Shown: piece by piece, positions 18,901-27,974 of the stretch
Layout: each line of letters begins with the position of its first letter
How positions within the stretch are numbered: the stretch's first letter is position 1
From: Candidatus Cloacimonadales bacterium
GTDB lineage: Bacteria; Cloacimonadota; Cloacimonadia; Cloacimonadales; JAIOQZ01
Assembly (NCBI GenBank): GCA_963674825.1
Contig: OY771587.1
Location: 1,696,001-1,760,000, forward strand
Direction: 5' to 3'
Length of the DNA: 64,000 nucleotides
The notes under the pieces: model-generated
Told to the model about the DNA's origin: nothing
Database searches by the model: none
The model's input: only the letters and a program-made list of their open reading frames with translations
Translations under genes and position numbers: made by a program

Positions 18901-19845
18901 ATTGATGCTGTTGAGGCTTGTTTTTTGTATGATTCCGATCGTGTTCAGGTAGCTTTCAAGCCACTGGAACTGGTCGTAATACTGATACAGGTATATCAGG
19001 TCGATAACAAAGTGGGTTTGCAGGAATGTCTTGATCCATTCGCTGATCGTGGTCATGGAGAAGAAAGATTTAAACGTCTCGAACGGAATTTCGTAGGAAT
19101 CGGTGATGAGCTGGAAGTTCTCTGGATAAAGCAGCTCATCTTTGTTGATGTCCTTGATCAGCTTGAGTTTGTCCTGAGAACTGAGTCGAGAGAGATTGAT
19201 CAGCGACAGAACAAAGGAGAGGTTGAAGCGCTTCTGGCTGGACCAGAATAGCATTTCCTGCTTGATGAGCTGATACTCTTCGATAGGTGTGATCGTTTTG
19301 CGGATACTGAGATAGTGCTTGAGTCGGTCCATTTCCGAGTACTGTTGTTCGATGGAAGATTCTTCACCACTTTCTTCAACGATCTGATCGACGTCCGCTT
19401 CTTCGAGGAGCATGCGGAGTTTGAGGTAATCCTCGCGGACTTTCTTAGGTGCATTGGGATTATCAGGATCGATACCAAGGCGTTTGAGGAGGTTGCGGCG
19501 GACGATGCGGTCGATCTTCGGCTTTTTAGCCAGCTTGATCAGGTCTTTTTCTTTGAAGTTGCGTACAAGATAGGGAATGATGGTTTTCTGGGCAAAGCTC
19601 AGGTTGACGAATGACATGATGTCCTGAAAATCTGTAAGCTCCAGCGCTGTTTTCTCCAGAAGGCTTTCAATGATCATGGCGCGATTTCCGGGATCTTTTT
19701 GAGCGAGCTTCAGCAGTACTTTGAATTCTTCCAGCTCGAACAGACGCTCGATGATCTGTTCCCGTAAGGGCTTGGAGGCAATATAGAGCTCTTCAAGTTT
19801 GGCGGGATCGTTTTTCGCCATCATCCATCGAAGATTGTTCAGCAT
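15925..19845 (-). CDS. Large HEAT/ARM-repeat protein (~1300 aa)
   Basis: Many helical repeats such as D.D..VR..A..AL; RBS GGAG before ATG 19845. Confidence 0.8.
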   Translation of the reverse strand: MLNNLRWMMAKNDPAKLEELYIASKPLREQIIERLFELEEFKVLLKLAQKDPGNRAMIIESLLEKTALELTDFQDIMSFVNLSFAQKTIIPYLVRNFKEKDLIKLAKKPKIDRIVRRNLLKRLGIDPDNPNAPKKVREDYLKLRMLLEEADVDQIVEESGEESSIEQQYSEMDRLKHYLSIRKTITPIEEYQLIKQEMLFWSSQKRFNLSFVLSLINLSRLSSQDKLKLIKDINKDELLYPENFQLITDSYEIPFETFKSFFSMTTISEWIKTFLQTHFVIDLIYLYQYYDQFQWLESYLNTIGIIQKTSLNSINVSYYLTSKYGYRLNEIIPQENIRQKLIESCKPIQKEILDNLHLDSFPISNLLKPLLLVGGEENFAFFAKLMNRRVVNDPQRTILDIEQNYLELKRRINTQKEMEELVKNEMAEKEGLISDDKFNIISNMYFETLTSSTELHPDVHDAILRNLPNLEKYSSVATMNGKVRLCRFIGMLKLQQYENMLLEFVKDDDYNIAVNAAIALKNLENETVGKLLNDLAQSSNYMVRKQIATSLKIMSENVDEDLIMKLAQDENLEVCQEAIKTITLLPLDTAVDYLARLIPAAYYKNRPYIAQALSQLHTVKVLPLLAELLREGGSEEYFAVIRALPSIYHPLSLSFLKSLNTERRPILEVESAKSMILMGDPNGWQTLEFYTDFSQNNVRDYARLCFLQLSTGENLSVLREFSFDQTPIIATLATGKLLQYSEDEGWETVERLLKTGNAEMKFMLAQLLAHIPSSNITKYMNELYKSDDYACKTIAALVFAQNGRMNFLQKIESEILNLDQYAHKRIIDALKVYPSELGLAVVRKIALLQDLDILDDLLSLLSDYSIERALQLINMLWRKADWVSKVPIARVLGKLRHARIIEFIHRNKATLTPEIKSEFAYALIMQGDESGWDMFAELMEETKAHAMKAPIQAIARVKSTKALKMLEKQLANPNESIQSEVIKAIGTMQLRESIPILQKYVMSSSSKTKIALSKALGDIYSDESLRMLQVISKDGDEYVRVSADIALQKVNKGIELQPVDSYELFRSLFETTDWRLSENWYKKTLHHFADPYERFETIPLRDFSEKIIMNEDELEDKRNDLDMQLSEKLIGSMDVEKIMEAKGETQAKKDRLVSREKLIESILKCTEDNMTQSDWDILEQALKSKDEDIIRAIVFASVKSNDPKWLKIFEQIVATTDYRNLVDLMIYSMFHKRCSSCLPILIRLIDFERARYFLLFFVNQYSLDPLTLNLADIKKCKAILKEMDGLSAEMSKAISSVLNYLIEKKL

Positions 19846-19926
19846 CGTATAGACTCCCAATTCTAAGGATTCATGTCATTTTCGACAGATAGCCATCAAT
19901 ATGTAAATAAATTATTTCCGTCAGGA

Positions 19927-20544
19927 TCAAAGGACAAGTTTTTCAATCCAGCCGATAATCTGATCGACTCCCTTCTTCTTCAGAGATGAAACGGCAGTAA
20001 AGGATTTGCGATCGATACCAAACTGCTTGGATAATACGTCTAGATAGCTTCCGGCCTTTGTGACCGGAACTTTATCCGATTTTGTGGCTGCAACCAGATA
20101 CCGGATATTGAATTCCTCCAGCATCTGGGCCATCATGATGTCTTTTTCGTCAGCCTTATGTCGGATATCGACCAGCAGGATAACGCCACGTAGCTGTACG
20201 CGTTCGCTGAAGTAGCTGCGCATCATCTTTTTCCACGATTCTCTTTCGCCTTTACTGACCTTTGCGTAGCCGTAACCGGGAAGGTCAACGAAGTTGATGA
20301 AGCCTTCCAACTCATCATTTTCGGTGTGCTTGAACCGAACGAGGAAGAAATTGACCAGGCGCGTTTTGCCTGGTTTTCCGCTGGTTTTGGCGATCGATTT
20401 ACGGCCAAGGATGCTGTTCAGGAGCGATGATTTCCCAACGTTTGAGCGGCCAACAAATGCGACGTCAGCAAATTCAGATGAGGGGTAGTCCTTCGGATTA
20501 ACTGCGCTGGTGAGGAAATTACTCTCAACGATTCGAATGCCCAT
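19927..20544 (-). CDS. engB: Ribosome biogenesis GTPase YsxC/EngB (YihA)
   Basis: GRSNVGKSS, PGKT, DLPGYGYAKVS and TKSDK motifs. Confidence 0.95.
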   Translation of the reverse strand: MGIRIVESNFLTSAVNPKDYPSSEFADVAFVGRSNVGKSSLLNSILGRKSIAKTSGKPGKTRLVNFFLVRFKHTENDELEGFINFVDLPGYGYAKVSKGERESWKKMMRSYFSERVQLRGVILLVDIRHKADEKDIMMAQMLEEFNIRYLVAATKSDKVPVTKAGSYLDVLSKQFGIDRKSFTAVSSLKKKGVDQIIGWIEKLVL

Positions 20545-20551
20545 GCCGTTC

Positions 20552-20920
20552 CTATTCCCAATAAACAACTGAACTTGTGTCGGATTCCCAGACCTCTATA
20601 TCTGCGATCCGGCAATGATCGTGTTTGAGCTCTTCTTTAAGGCGATCGTAAAAATATTTTGCGATGTTCTCGGATGTCGGGTTACACTCCTTGAAAGCGG
20701 GGTGCTCGTTGAGCATGGTGTGGTCAAGCTCGCCGAGGATCGCGTTCAAGTGAAGCTTGATATCTTTAAAATCGATAGCAAGTCCGATCTCATCTGTTCG
20801 GTCGCATTCGATTCCAACTCGGATTTTCCAGTTATGTCCATGCAGCCGCTTGCAAGCTCCGTCGTATCCCTTCAGAAGATGCGCTCCGCTGAAATGAGAC
20901 GTCACATTTAATTTGTACAT
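20552..20920 (-). CDS. queD: 6-carboxytetrahydropterin synthase
   Basis: FSGAH, C.RLHGHNW, LDH..LN, PTSENIA and VWES motifs. Confidence 0.93.
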   Translation of the reverse strand: MYKLNVTSHFSGAHLLKGYDGACKRLHGHNWKIRVGIECDRTDEIGLAIDFKDIKLHLNAILGELDHTMLNEHPAFKECNPTSENIAKYFYDRLKEELKHDHCRIADIEVWESDTSSVVYWE

Positions 20921-21023
20921 ATTGTTCTCCATCTTGTTGATTTTATCTTAGATACACAGCTACACGATCCATACTTTCCCGTCAAACATATTTCCCACAT
21001 GATTTCGGGGAGCTCCGTTTCTC

Positions 21024-21232
21024 CCTCGTCCCGAATGGCGATCAAACTGTTGTCCGAAGTTACCCGAAGAGTGCCGGGGCGGCGTAGGAAGCTATTTCGT
21101 AGCACTGCAATGCTACGAAATGGCTTCCTGGGCAGTTCTGAATTCGAACTGCCCGTGTGCGAAGCACACACGCCGCCCCGACACGTGAGCAAGGTGAAGT
21201 CGTCGGTGGTCATTGTGGGATTCGGGACGAGG
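21024..21232 (+). ncRNA. Unassigned highly structured element (candidate ncRNA or MITE) with a perfect four-way junction
   Basis: 13-bp perfect terminal inverted repeat, a long interrupted stem and three contiguous hairpins; see findings. Strand is inferred from G-U and tandem G-A pairs. Confidence 0.55.
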
Positions 21233-21344
21233 AATCGAGTGTGCGTGGCGTGAAAATGTTTGACAATATACCCGAGGTTTATGATTGACTACGCGAATGT
21301 AACCATATCGATCTTGAAGCGTTGAGGTTACAGTGGAGAAACTC

Positions 21345-22085
21345 ATGAAATGTAAGAATTGCTCTTCGTCGCTCGAACAAAACGCGATCTTCTGTCCCAG
21401 TTGTGGCTGGCAGACAGAATTCATCCGCGAGAACCTTTCGGCCAAGCTGGTTTTGAAAGGAGCCTGGCAGGACTATAAAGGTGTTCGGGGTAAGAATTAC
21501 CCATTTGCGATCTTCTTCGTACTGTTGATCATGGTTCCGGTTGGGCTCGCGGCCTTCTTCACACGAGACAATTACTGGATCAACAACCTCGCGATGCTGC
21601 TTTTAGCTCCGCTGGCGATGGTTCCGCTTACGTTCGAGGGTAGCCAGTACTCGGTGAAGCAATACTTTACGCAGCTGAAAAACTATCCTAAGCTCCTGGG
21701 AATCTCCTTCTTTACGGTGCTATTCTTCTTCGTTATCAACGTAATCTGCACCGGAAATCCGTTGTTCTACTATGCAACAGACCCGATTCTTCACCCGGTT
21801 CGATTTGTGTTGGTGCTTTACTGGCTGGCGATTATCGTTCCGTCGTTTTATATCCTCACAGAGCTGAAACTTCCGCCCTGCAAGTCAATCTACTGGGCCT
21901 ATAAATGGGGACGAGAAACGCGCTGGCAGCAATTCTTTCTGATCGTCGTGCTTGCTTTTTTAAATGTGATCGCTGTGATACCGGTTGGCCTTGGTCTGCT
22001 TGTAAGTGTACCGTTTACAGCTTTTGCCGTTCGTCGATTCTCCCGTCAGTTGCATCAGCATGGAATTTTTGAGCGGAAAGGTTGA
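21345..22085 (+). CDS. Zinc-ribbon membrane protein
   Basis: CKNC...FCPSCG followed by about six hydrophobic helices. Confidence 0.8.
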   Translation: MKCKNCSSSLEQNAIFCPSCGWQTEFIRENLSAKLVLKGAWQDYKGVRGKNYPFAIFFVLLIMVPVGLAAFFTRDNYWINNLAMLLLAPLAMVPLTFEGSQYSVKQYFTQLKNYPKLLGISFFTVLFFFVINVICTGNPLFYYATDPILHPVRFVLVLYWLAIIVPSFYILTELKLPPCKSIYWAYKWGRETRWQQFFLIVVLAFLNVIAVIPVGLGLLVSVPFTAFAVRRFSRQLHQHGIFERKG

Positions 22086-22177
22086 TAAAAGATAAAAATA
22101 GTCTGCGTACTTGACAATCTGAAGCCCTGCTGTAATTCACACCCATTCATAATATAGGATTCATGAAAGGAAATGGG

Positions 22178-23920
22178 ATGAATACGTTCCGATATGTTAT
22201 ACCGATTCTGAAGAAGAATATCAAGCGTATTGCGCTGGGTATCGGCATTTTGATATTTGTCGATTCTCTTCAGCTCATCATCCCAAAAATTATCCAGCAC
22301 GCCATTAATAATCTGGAAAAACCCGGTTTCACGCATGTAAATCTCCTCTACAGCGCTCTTTTCATACTGCTGTTGGCGGTCCTGACTACGATCTTCAAAT
22401 ACGTCTGGCGAATCCTGCTGATCGGTAACGCATGGCAGTTCCAGAGAAGTCTCAGGCAAAGCTATTATAATCACCTGATGAAGCTATCTCAGACTTTCTA
22501 TAACAAGCAGAAGACCGGTGAGCTGATGGCGAGAGCCACAAACGATATTCAGGCCGTCCGCATGATGTTCGGCTTTGGGTTCGTAATGGCTTCGGACACC
22601 CTTTTCCTCTCCGTCGCTTCGTTCCTGCTCATGATCCAGATCAATCCGAAACTTACCTTGCTCTCTATCCTGCCGCTTCCCATTATGACCGTTTTCATTA
22701 TCTTTATGGGCAAGCGCATCCACGTCGCGTTCAAGCGCGTTCAAACCTCGTTTGCAGACCTCTCCGGCATGGTTCAGGAAAATATATCTGGTATCCGAGT
22801 TGTGAAGGCATTCGTGCAGGAAGAGAGCGAAGTGGATAAAATGGCCGATTACGCCGGCGACTACGTGAAGAAAAACCTCAAGCTGGTCAGTCTGCAAGCG
22901 GCTTTCCACCCCTTTATGGGTATGATCATCAGCATCAGTATGGGCATGGTGCTTGTATTCGGTGGCGCGGCAACCATCAAAGGCGATATGAACATCGGCG
23001 AATACGTGGCTTTCTACTCCTACCTGGGAACCCTCGTATGGCCCATGATCGCCATCGGCTGGATCGTTAACCTCTACCAGAACGGTACTGCGTCGCTCAA
23101 GCGACTCAACGAGATCCTCGATGTCGAGCCGGATATCACCGACGAAAAGGCAGATCCGGAACTGAAGAGCATTGAAGGCGAGATCGAAATTAAAAATCTC
23201 GTTTTCCGCTACCGCGATGATCTGCCAAATGTCTTCGACGATATCTCCATACAGCTCAAGAAAGGCGATACTCTCGCAATCGTGGGCAGGACAGGCTGTG
23301 GTAAATCCACACTGGTCAACCAGTTACTGCGCGTATATAATCCCCCGGAAGGCGCATTCTTCATCGATGGCAAAGAGCTTTACAGGTATCCACTCGAAGT
23401 ACTGCGAAACAATATCGCGATCGTACCGCAGGAGATTTTCCTCTTCTCCGATACAATCGCGAACAATATCGCGTTCGGGAGGCCAGGCGCTACCCGAGCA
23501 GATATCGAGCGTGTTGCAAAGCTTGCCAGCGTCCATGATGACATCGTTGGCTTCAAAGAAGGCTACGAGACTACCGTCGGCGAACGTGGTGTAACCCTCT
23601 CCGGAGGCCAGAAACAGCGCATCGCCATGGCGAGAGCTTTCCTATGCGATCCCGCCGTGCTGATCCTCGACGACTCTCTTTCAGCTGTTGATACGCGCAC
23701 TGAGAAGGAAATACTCGAGCAGATCATTGAACTCCGTAAAGAACGTACCACGATCATTATCGCGCATCGTATCTCATCGATACAGCACGCAGAGCAGACG
23801 GTTGTGCTTGAAAATGGCAAAATCGCCGAGCGCGGCAACCACGAAGAGCTGATGAAACTCGGCGGTATCTACGCCGAACTGTATGAGAAACAGCAGATCG
23901 AAGAGAAGCTGAAGGGATAA
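22178..23920 (+). CDS. ABC exporter, fused permease and ATPase (YheI/MdlA-like half)
   Basis: TM domain, GRTGCGKST, LSGGQKQR and LDD motifs. Confidence 0.93.
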   Translation: MNTFRYVIPILKKNIKRIALGIGILIFVDSLQLIIPKIIQHAINNLEKPGFTHVNLLYSALFILLLAVLTTIFKYVWRILLIGNAWQFQRSLRQSYYNHLMKLSQTFYNKQKTGELMARATNDIQAVRMMFGFGFVMASDTLFLSVASFLLMIQINPKLTLLSILPLPIMTVFIIFMGKRIHVAFKRVQTSFADLSGMVQENISGIRVVKAFVQEESEVDKMADYAGDYVKKNLKLVSLQAAFHPFMGMIISISMGMVLVFGGAATIKGDMNIGEYVAFYSYLGTLVWPMIAIGWIVNLYQNGTASLKRLNEILDVEPDITDEKADPELKSIEGEIEIKNLVFRYRDDLPNVFDDISIQLKKGDTLAIVGRTGCGKSTLVNQLLRVYNPPEGAFFIDGKELYRYPLEVLRNNIAIVPQEIFLFSDTIANNIAFGRPGATRADIERVAKLASVHDDIVGFKEGYETTVGERGVTLSGGQKQRIAMARAFLCDPAVLILDDSLSAVDTRTEKEILEQIIELRKERTTIIIAHRISSIQHAEQTVVLENGKIAERGNHEELMKLGGIYAELYEKQQIEEKLKG

Positions 23921-23922
23921 CC

Positions 23923-26052
23923 ATGAAAGGTCAAATCTACACGGACGATATCGGCGGAAAGATCTACGACGGCAAGATGCTGGCCAAGCTGGTTCGCTAT
24001 CTCAAGCCCTATATGGGCCACGTCGCCGTGTCTATGGTTTTTCTGCTATTGTTAACCGCGATTCAGCTCTACATGCCGATTCTGACCATGATCGCCGTCG
24101 ATCGCTATATTGTCTCCGATATCAACCTCATCTCGTTTAACCAACAGAGTGACTATGACGCTTTTGCCGATAAATATGCTCGCTTGAAGCTCGAATCATA
24201 CGAACACGATGGAAGATTGTATGTGTTGCTACCGGTTAAAAAGCTGAACCGCATCTTCAAGGACGACATTAAAAAACTCGAGGAACAGAATCGTTACCAC
24301 AGAGGTCAGTATGTGCTCTGCAAGGTAAATGATAAAACAACTGCGATTCTGCAGAAACTCGAAGACCCTACTCTTTACACACAGATTTCCGATAGCAAGT
24401 ACGCGGTCCAGCAGAAAGTCTTCGCATTGGTGGGAAAAGAAAAATACCTGACCAGGGATGAGATCATCGACATGCGTAGCGATGCTCTTCACAGCCTCGT
24501 ATTAATCGGTATCGTATATCTGGTGCTGGTGATATTCCGCTTCATCTTCCAATACTTGCAGGTCTATTTCATCAACTACGCGGCGCAGTATGCAATGCTC
24601 GATCTACGCAAGGAAGCCTTCGCCTACCTGCAAAAGCTTCCGCTTCCCTTCTTCGACCGCAATCCCGTCGGAAGGCTTGTTACACGCGTTACGAACGATA
24701 TCCGAGCCCTCGACGAAATGCTGAGTGCTGGTCTGATCGATCTTATACAGAACGTTCTGATGCTGATCGGTATCATGATCGCGATGCTGATTCTGGATCT
24801 GAAATTCGCATTGGTTACACTCACGATCCTGCCGTTTGTGGTGCTTCATCTCAAGCTGTTCAAGGATCGAGTGCGCGTAGCCTTCCGCGTTGTTCGCAAG
24901 AAGCTCGCAGCATTGAACGCCACCCTCTCCGAGGATATGTCCGGATTCAGGATCATTCAGCTTTTCAATCAGTATTCACGTAAAGTGAACTACTTTGCCG
25001 GTATCAATCAGGAGTATTACGACGCCGGCTTCAGCCAGACGAAGATTTTTGCCGTATTCCGTCCCCTTATCTTCACGATGCGATTTGTGGTAGTAGCCGT
25101 GGTATTGTGGTACGGTGGAAGCCTCATTCTGAAGCATGCCATTACGGTAGGACTTCTGATCGCTTTCCTCCAGTATATGGAACGCTTCTTCGATCCATTG
25201 CAGCACATCAGCGAGAAATTCAACGTCCTTCAAGCTGCGATGTCTGGAGCAGAACGTGTGTTTGCGTTAATGGAAGAGCCAGCGAAAGACTATCGCCAAG
25301 AGCAGGATGAGAAGGTGCTTGTATCGGGTGAAATCGAGTTCCGAGATGTGTGGCTCAGCTATCTTAAAAACGACGAATACGCGCTCAAGGGTATCAGCTT
25401 CAAGGTAGAGCCGGGCGAGAGCGTTGCGCTCGTTGGTCACACCGGGTCAGGCAAGACTTCGATCGTCAATCTGCTGACTGATATGTACGAGTACCAGCAG
25501 GGCGATATTTTGCTTGATGGAACGAGTTTGAACGAATTCAGACTGGAGGATATCCGGCGCAACATCGGTATCGTTCAACAGGACGTATTTCTTTTCTCCG
25601 GCAATATTCGCGACAATATCGTTCTGAACGACACATCCATCGACGATGAGACACTGGAGAAGGTCGCACGGTATGTGAATGTGGATGCCTTTATCGATAG
25701 TCTTCCCATGAAATACGAGGAAGAGGTGACCGAACGTGGCTCCACTTTCTCCGTCGGCCAGCGACAGCTTATCGCGTTTGCGCGCGTACTGGCATACGAT
25801 CCGGCCATATTTATCCTTGACGAAGCGACTTCCAACATCGACACCGAAACCGAGACCATGATTCAGGAAGCGATCAAGGTGGTCATGAAGGGCCGAACCT
25901 CCATCATCATCGCGCATCGCCTCTCGACCATCAAGCACGTAGATCGTATCATCGTGCTGCACAAGGGTAAGATCGTCGAACAGGGGAGTCACGACCAACT
26001 AATAGCCAATCGCGGCGTATATTATGACCTATACCGTCTTCAATTCGAATAG
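23923..26052 (+). CDS. ABC exporter, fused permease and ATPase (YheH/MdlB-like half) with a long insert after the first TM helix
   Basis: GHTGSGKT, FSVGQRQL and LDEATS motifs. Confidence 0.93.
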   Translation: MKGQIYTDDIGGKIYDGKMLAKLVRYLKPYMGHVAVSMVFLLLLTAIQLYMPILTMIAVDRYIVSDINLISFNQQSDYDAFADKYARLKLESYEHDGRLYVLLPVKKLNRIFKDDIKKLEEQNRYHRGQYVLCKVNDKTTAILQKLEDPTLYTQISDSKYAVQQKVFALVGKEKYLTRDEIIDMRSDALHSLVLIGIVYLVLVIFRFIFQYLQVYFINYAAQYAMLDLRKEAFAYLQKLPLPFFDRNPVGRLVTRVTNDIRALDEMLSAGLIDLIQNVLMLIGIMIAMLILDLKFALVTLTILPFVVLHLKLFKDRVRVAFRVVRKKLAALNATLSEDMSGFRIIQLFNQYSRKVNYFAGINQEYYDAGFSQTKIFAVFRPLIFTMRFVVVAVVLWYGGSLILKHAITVGLLIAFLQYMERFFDPLQHISEKFNVLQAAMSGAERVFALMEEPAKDYRQEQDEKVLVSGEIEFRDVWLSYLKNDEYALKGISFKVEPGESVALVGHTGSGKTSIVNLLTDMYEYQQGDILLDGTSLNEFRLEDIRRNIGIVQQDVFLFSGNIRDNIVLNDTSIDDETLEKVARYVNVDAFIDSLPMKYEEEVTERGSTFSVGQRQLIAFARVLAYDPAIFILDEATSNIDTETETMIQEAIKVVMKGRTSIIIAHRLSTIKHVDRIIVLHKGKIVEQGSHDQLIANRGVYYDLYRLQFE

Positions 26053-27400
26053 AATTCTTGTTCTGTTTGCCCTTTTTATAGCGCTGATCTCCTGCCAGGT
26101 GGAACGTGCCCCTGCCGGAGACGCGATCGACTCCACAGCGACCGATACGACCGTTTTCGTCGAAATCAATCAGAAGCCAATGATTATCGACGAGCCGGAT
26201 GTCACATCAGATTCACTTCCGGCAGTCAAACAGCGTACCTGGAGCGATCCTTCGTTTGTCGAGGGAATCTATCTCAACGCTTACACCGTTTTCAATTCAC
26301 GCTTCGATACGATCCTGGCTGCCGCGGAAGAGGCAGGTATCAACGCTGTGGTATTCGACGTAAAGAATATGGAAGGAAAGATATTTACACCGCTTCCGGA
26401 TGACCGCTATTTCCTTCCCTACAAATACGTTTCCGATATCAATATTCGTGGCGTGGTTAAAAAACTGCACGATCATGGCATGTACGCCATAGCTCGTGTT
26501 GTGATGTTCCACGACCAGAATCTTGCCCGGCGAGACAGTACACTCCGACCGCAACGTGAGCCAGGTGTTCCCTGGACCGAAAACAATCGTAACGGGCCAT
26601 CATGGCTTGATTCCTCCAATCCATACGTTCAGCGAAGCCTCTTCAACTTTATCGACGTGGTCGCATTGCAAGGTGTGGACGAGATACAGATGGATTATAT
26701 CCGTTTCCCCACGCAGGGCAGAGCCGATTCAGCGCTATTTGCATTCCAGATAGAAGATATGGAGAAGTTGCAGCAGGATTCGACCTACGTAATGCGCGAG
26801 AAGGAAGATGTGATCGAAGACGTGGTGTCAAATTGCCGCAAGGTGTGTGAACGGCACGGTGTCAAGCTGAGCGCGGATGTTTTCGCAATTGTCGCATGGC
26901 AGGGAAGCGTGGATATCGCCAATACCGGACAACGCTTCACCCGAATGACCAAGCATCTGAATAAAATCCATCCGATGCTTTATTCCTCGCACTTCTACTC
27001 GGGTTTCAATTTCCGTAAAAACGTGGAAAACGAGCCATATCAAATTATGTTCCAGGGTACGGAAAAGGCGGTGGCGTTTTCCGATCGAAGTTGCCGTGTG
27101 ATTCCGTATATTCAGGCGAATGCCTGGAAGGTAAACTACACACCGGAATACGTTCGCTCGCAGATCGTGGGTGCACGTGATGCCGGAGCGGACGGATACA
27201 TGCTGTGGCACGCGTCCAATCACTACTATACGACGCTGGCATGGATCAAGGATTTTCGCAAGCAACATCCCGAGATGTTTGAGAAGAAAAAGTTGGATCT
27301 ACCTGCAAAATCACAGGTTTCACGTGAAACGGTGGTGGAAGAGGCTGTTGAACCAGCTGATTCGTTACAAAAAAACGATCAGACATCCGAAGAAATCTGA
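26024..27400 (+). CDS. Putative glycoside hydrolase lipoprotein (DUF4015-like TIM barrel)
   Basis: Lipobox LISC; NAVVFDVK, IARVV.F.D, DEIQ.DYIRFP, S.DVF and PMLY.SH motifs. Confidence 0.8.
   Translation: MTYTVFNSNRILVLFALFIALISCQVERAPAGDAIDSTATDTTVFVEINQKPMIIDEPDVTSDSLPAVKQRTWSDPSFVEGIYLNAYTVFNSRFDTILAAAEEAGINAVVFDVKNMEGKIFTPLPDDRYFLPYKYVSDINIRGVVKKLHDHGMYAIARVVMFHDQNLARRDSTLRPQREPGVPWTENNRNGPSWLDSSNPYVQRSLFNFIDVVALQGVDEIQMDYIRFPTQGRADSALFAFQIEDMEKLQQDSTYVMREKEDVIEDVVSNCRKVCERHGVKLSADVFAIVAWQGSVDIANTGQRFTRMTKHLNKIHPMLYSSHFYSGFNFRKNVENEPYQIMFQGTEKAVAFSDRSCRVIPYIQANAWKVNYTPEYVRSQIVGARDAGADGYMLWHASNHYYTTLAWIKDFRKQHPEMFEKKKLDLPAKSQVSRETVVEEAVEPADSLQKNDQTSEEI
27316..27331. promoter_or_regulatory. 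parS-like site
   Basis: GGTTTCACGTGAAACG, 14/16 match to TGTTTCACGTGAAACA. Confidence 0.65.
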
Positions 27401-27428
27401 TCGTCAAACTGAGTGAAATAGTAAACGA

Positions 27429-27881
27429 TTACCCTTCCGCGAGTTCCTTCTTGAAATCGATCATCTTCTGCTTGTAGCTGTCATCGCTGAGTGCGAGCAT
27501 CTGAAGAGCCAGAATTGCGGCATTCTTGCCACCATCAATGGCAACCGTCGCAACCGGCACACCCGTCGGCATCTGTACGACAGAATGAAGCGCGTCCTCG
27601 CCGGAGAGTGCGGCACCTTTAAGTGGTACACCGATAACCGGCAGGATTGTGTGTGAGGCTACCACGCCCGGAAGGTGCGCAGCCATACCGGCAGCGGCGA
27701 TAATGATCTTCACACCGTCTGATTCCGCGTTTTTTGCAAGAAGTGCTGTTTCATCCGGTTTACGGTGCGCGGATGAATAATAGAAGTCGTATTCAATCCC
27801 GAATTTCTCGAGATATTCCTTGATTTTGTCGCCCTGTACCTTGTCCGATTTACTACCCAGAATTACTCTGACCTGTGGCAC
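27429..27881 (-). CDS. purE: N5-CAIR mutase
   Basis: GSKSD, SAHR.P, AGMAAHLPG and VQMP.GVPVATV motifs. Confidence 0.96.
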   Translation of the reverse strand: MPQVRVILGSKSDKVQGDKIKEYLEKFGIEYDFYYSSAHRKPDETALLAKNAESDGVKIIIAAAGMAAHLPGVVASHTILPVIGVPLKGAALSGEDALHSVVQMPTGVPVATVAIDGGKNAAILALQMLALSDDSYKQKMIDFKKELAEG

Positions 27882-27974
27882 GTTTCCTCCCAGAATTTAC
27901 GGATGTTCGTTATCGATTATTTGACGGGGTGTAATAGTTTGATAAAATAAGATGCAGCTACACCCATAATGAGC

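Noticed and set aside
20908..21253. Short ORFs across the structured element, and tRNA/tmRNA/SRP/RNase P/hairpin-ribozyme identities
   Set aside because: The ORFs lack RBS and protein-like features. There is no T-loop/CCA end, SRP helix-8 motif, GAGGAAAGUCC or ribozyme loop A/B sequence.
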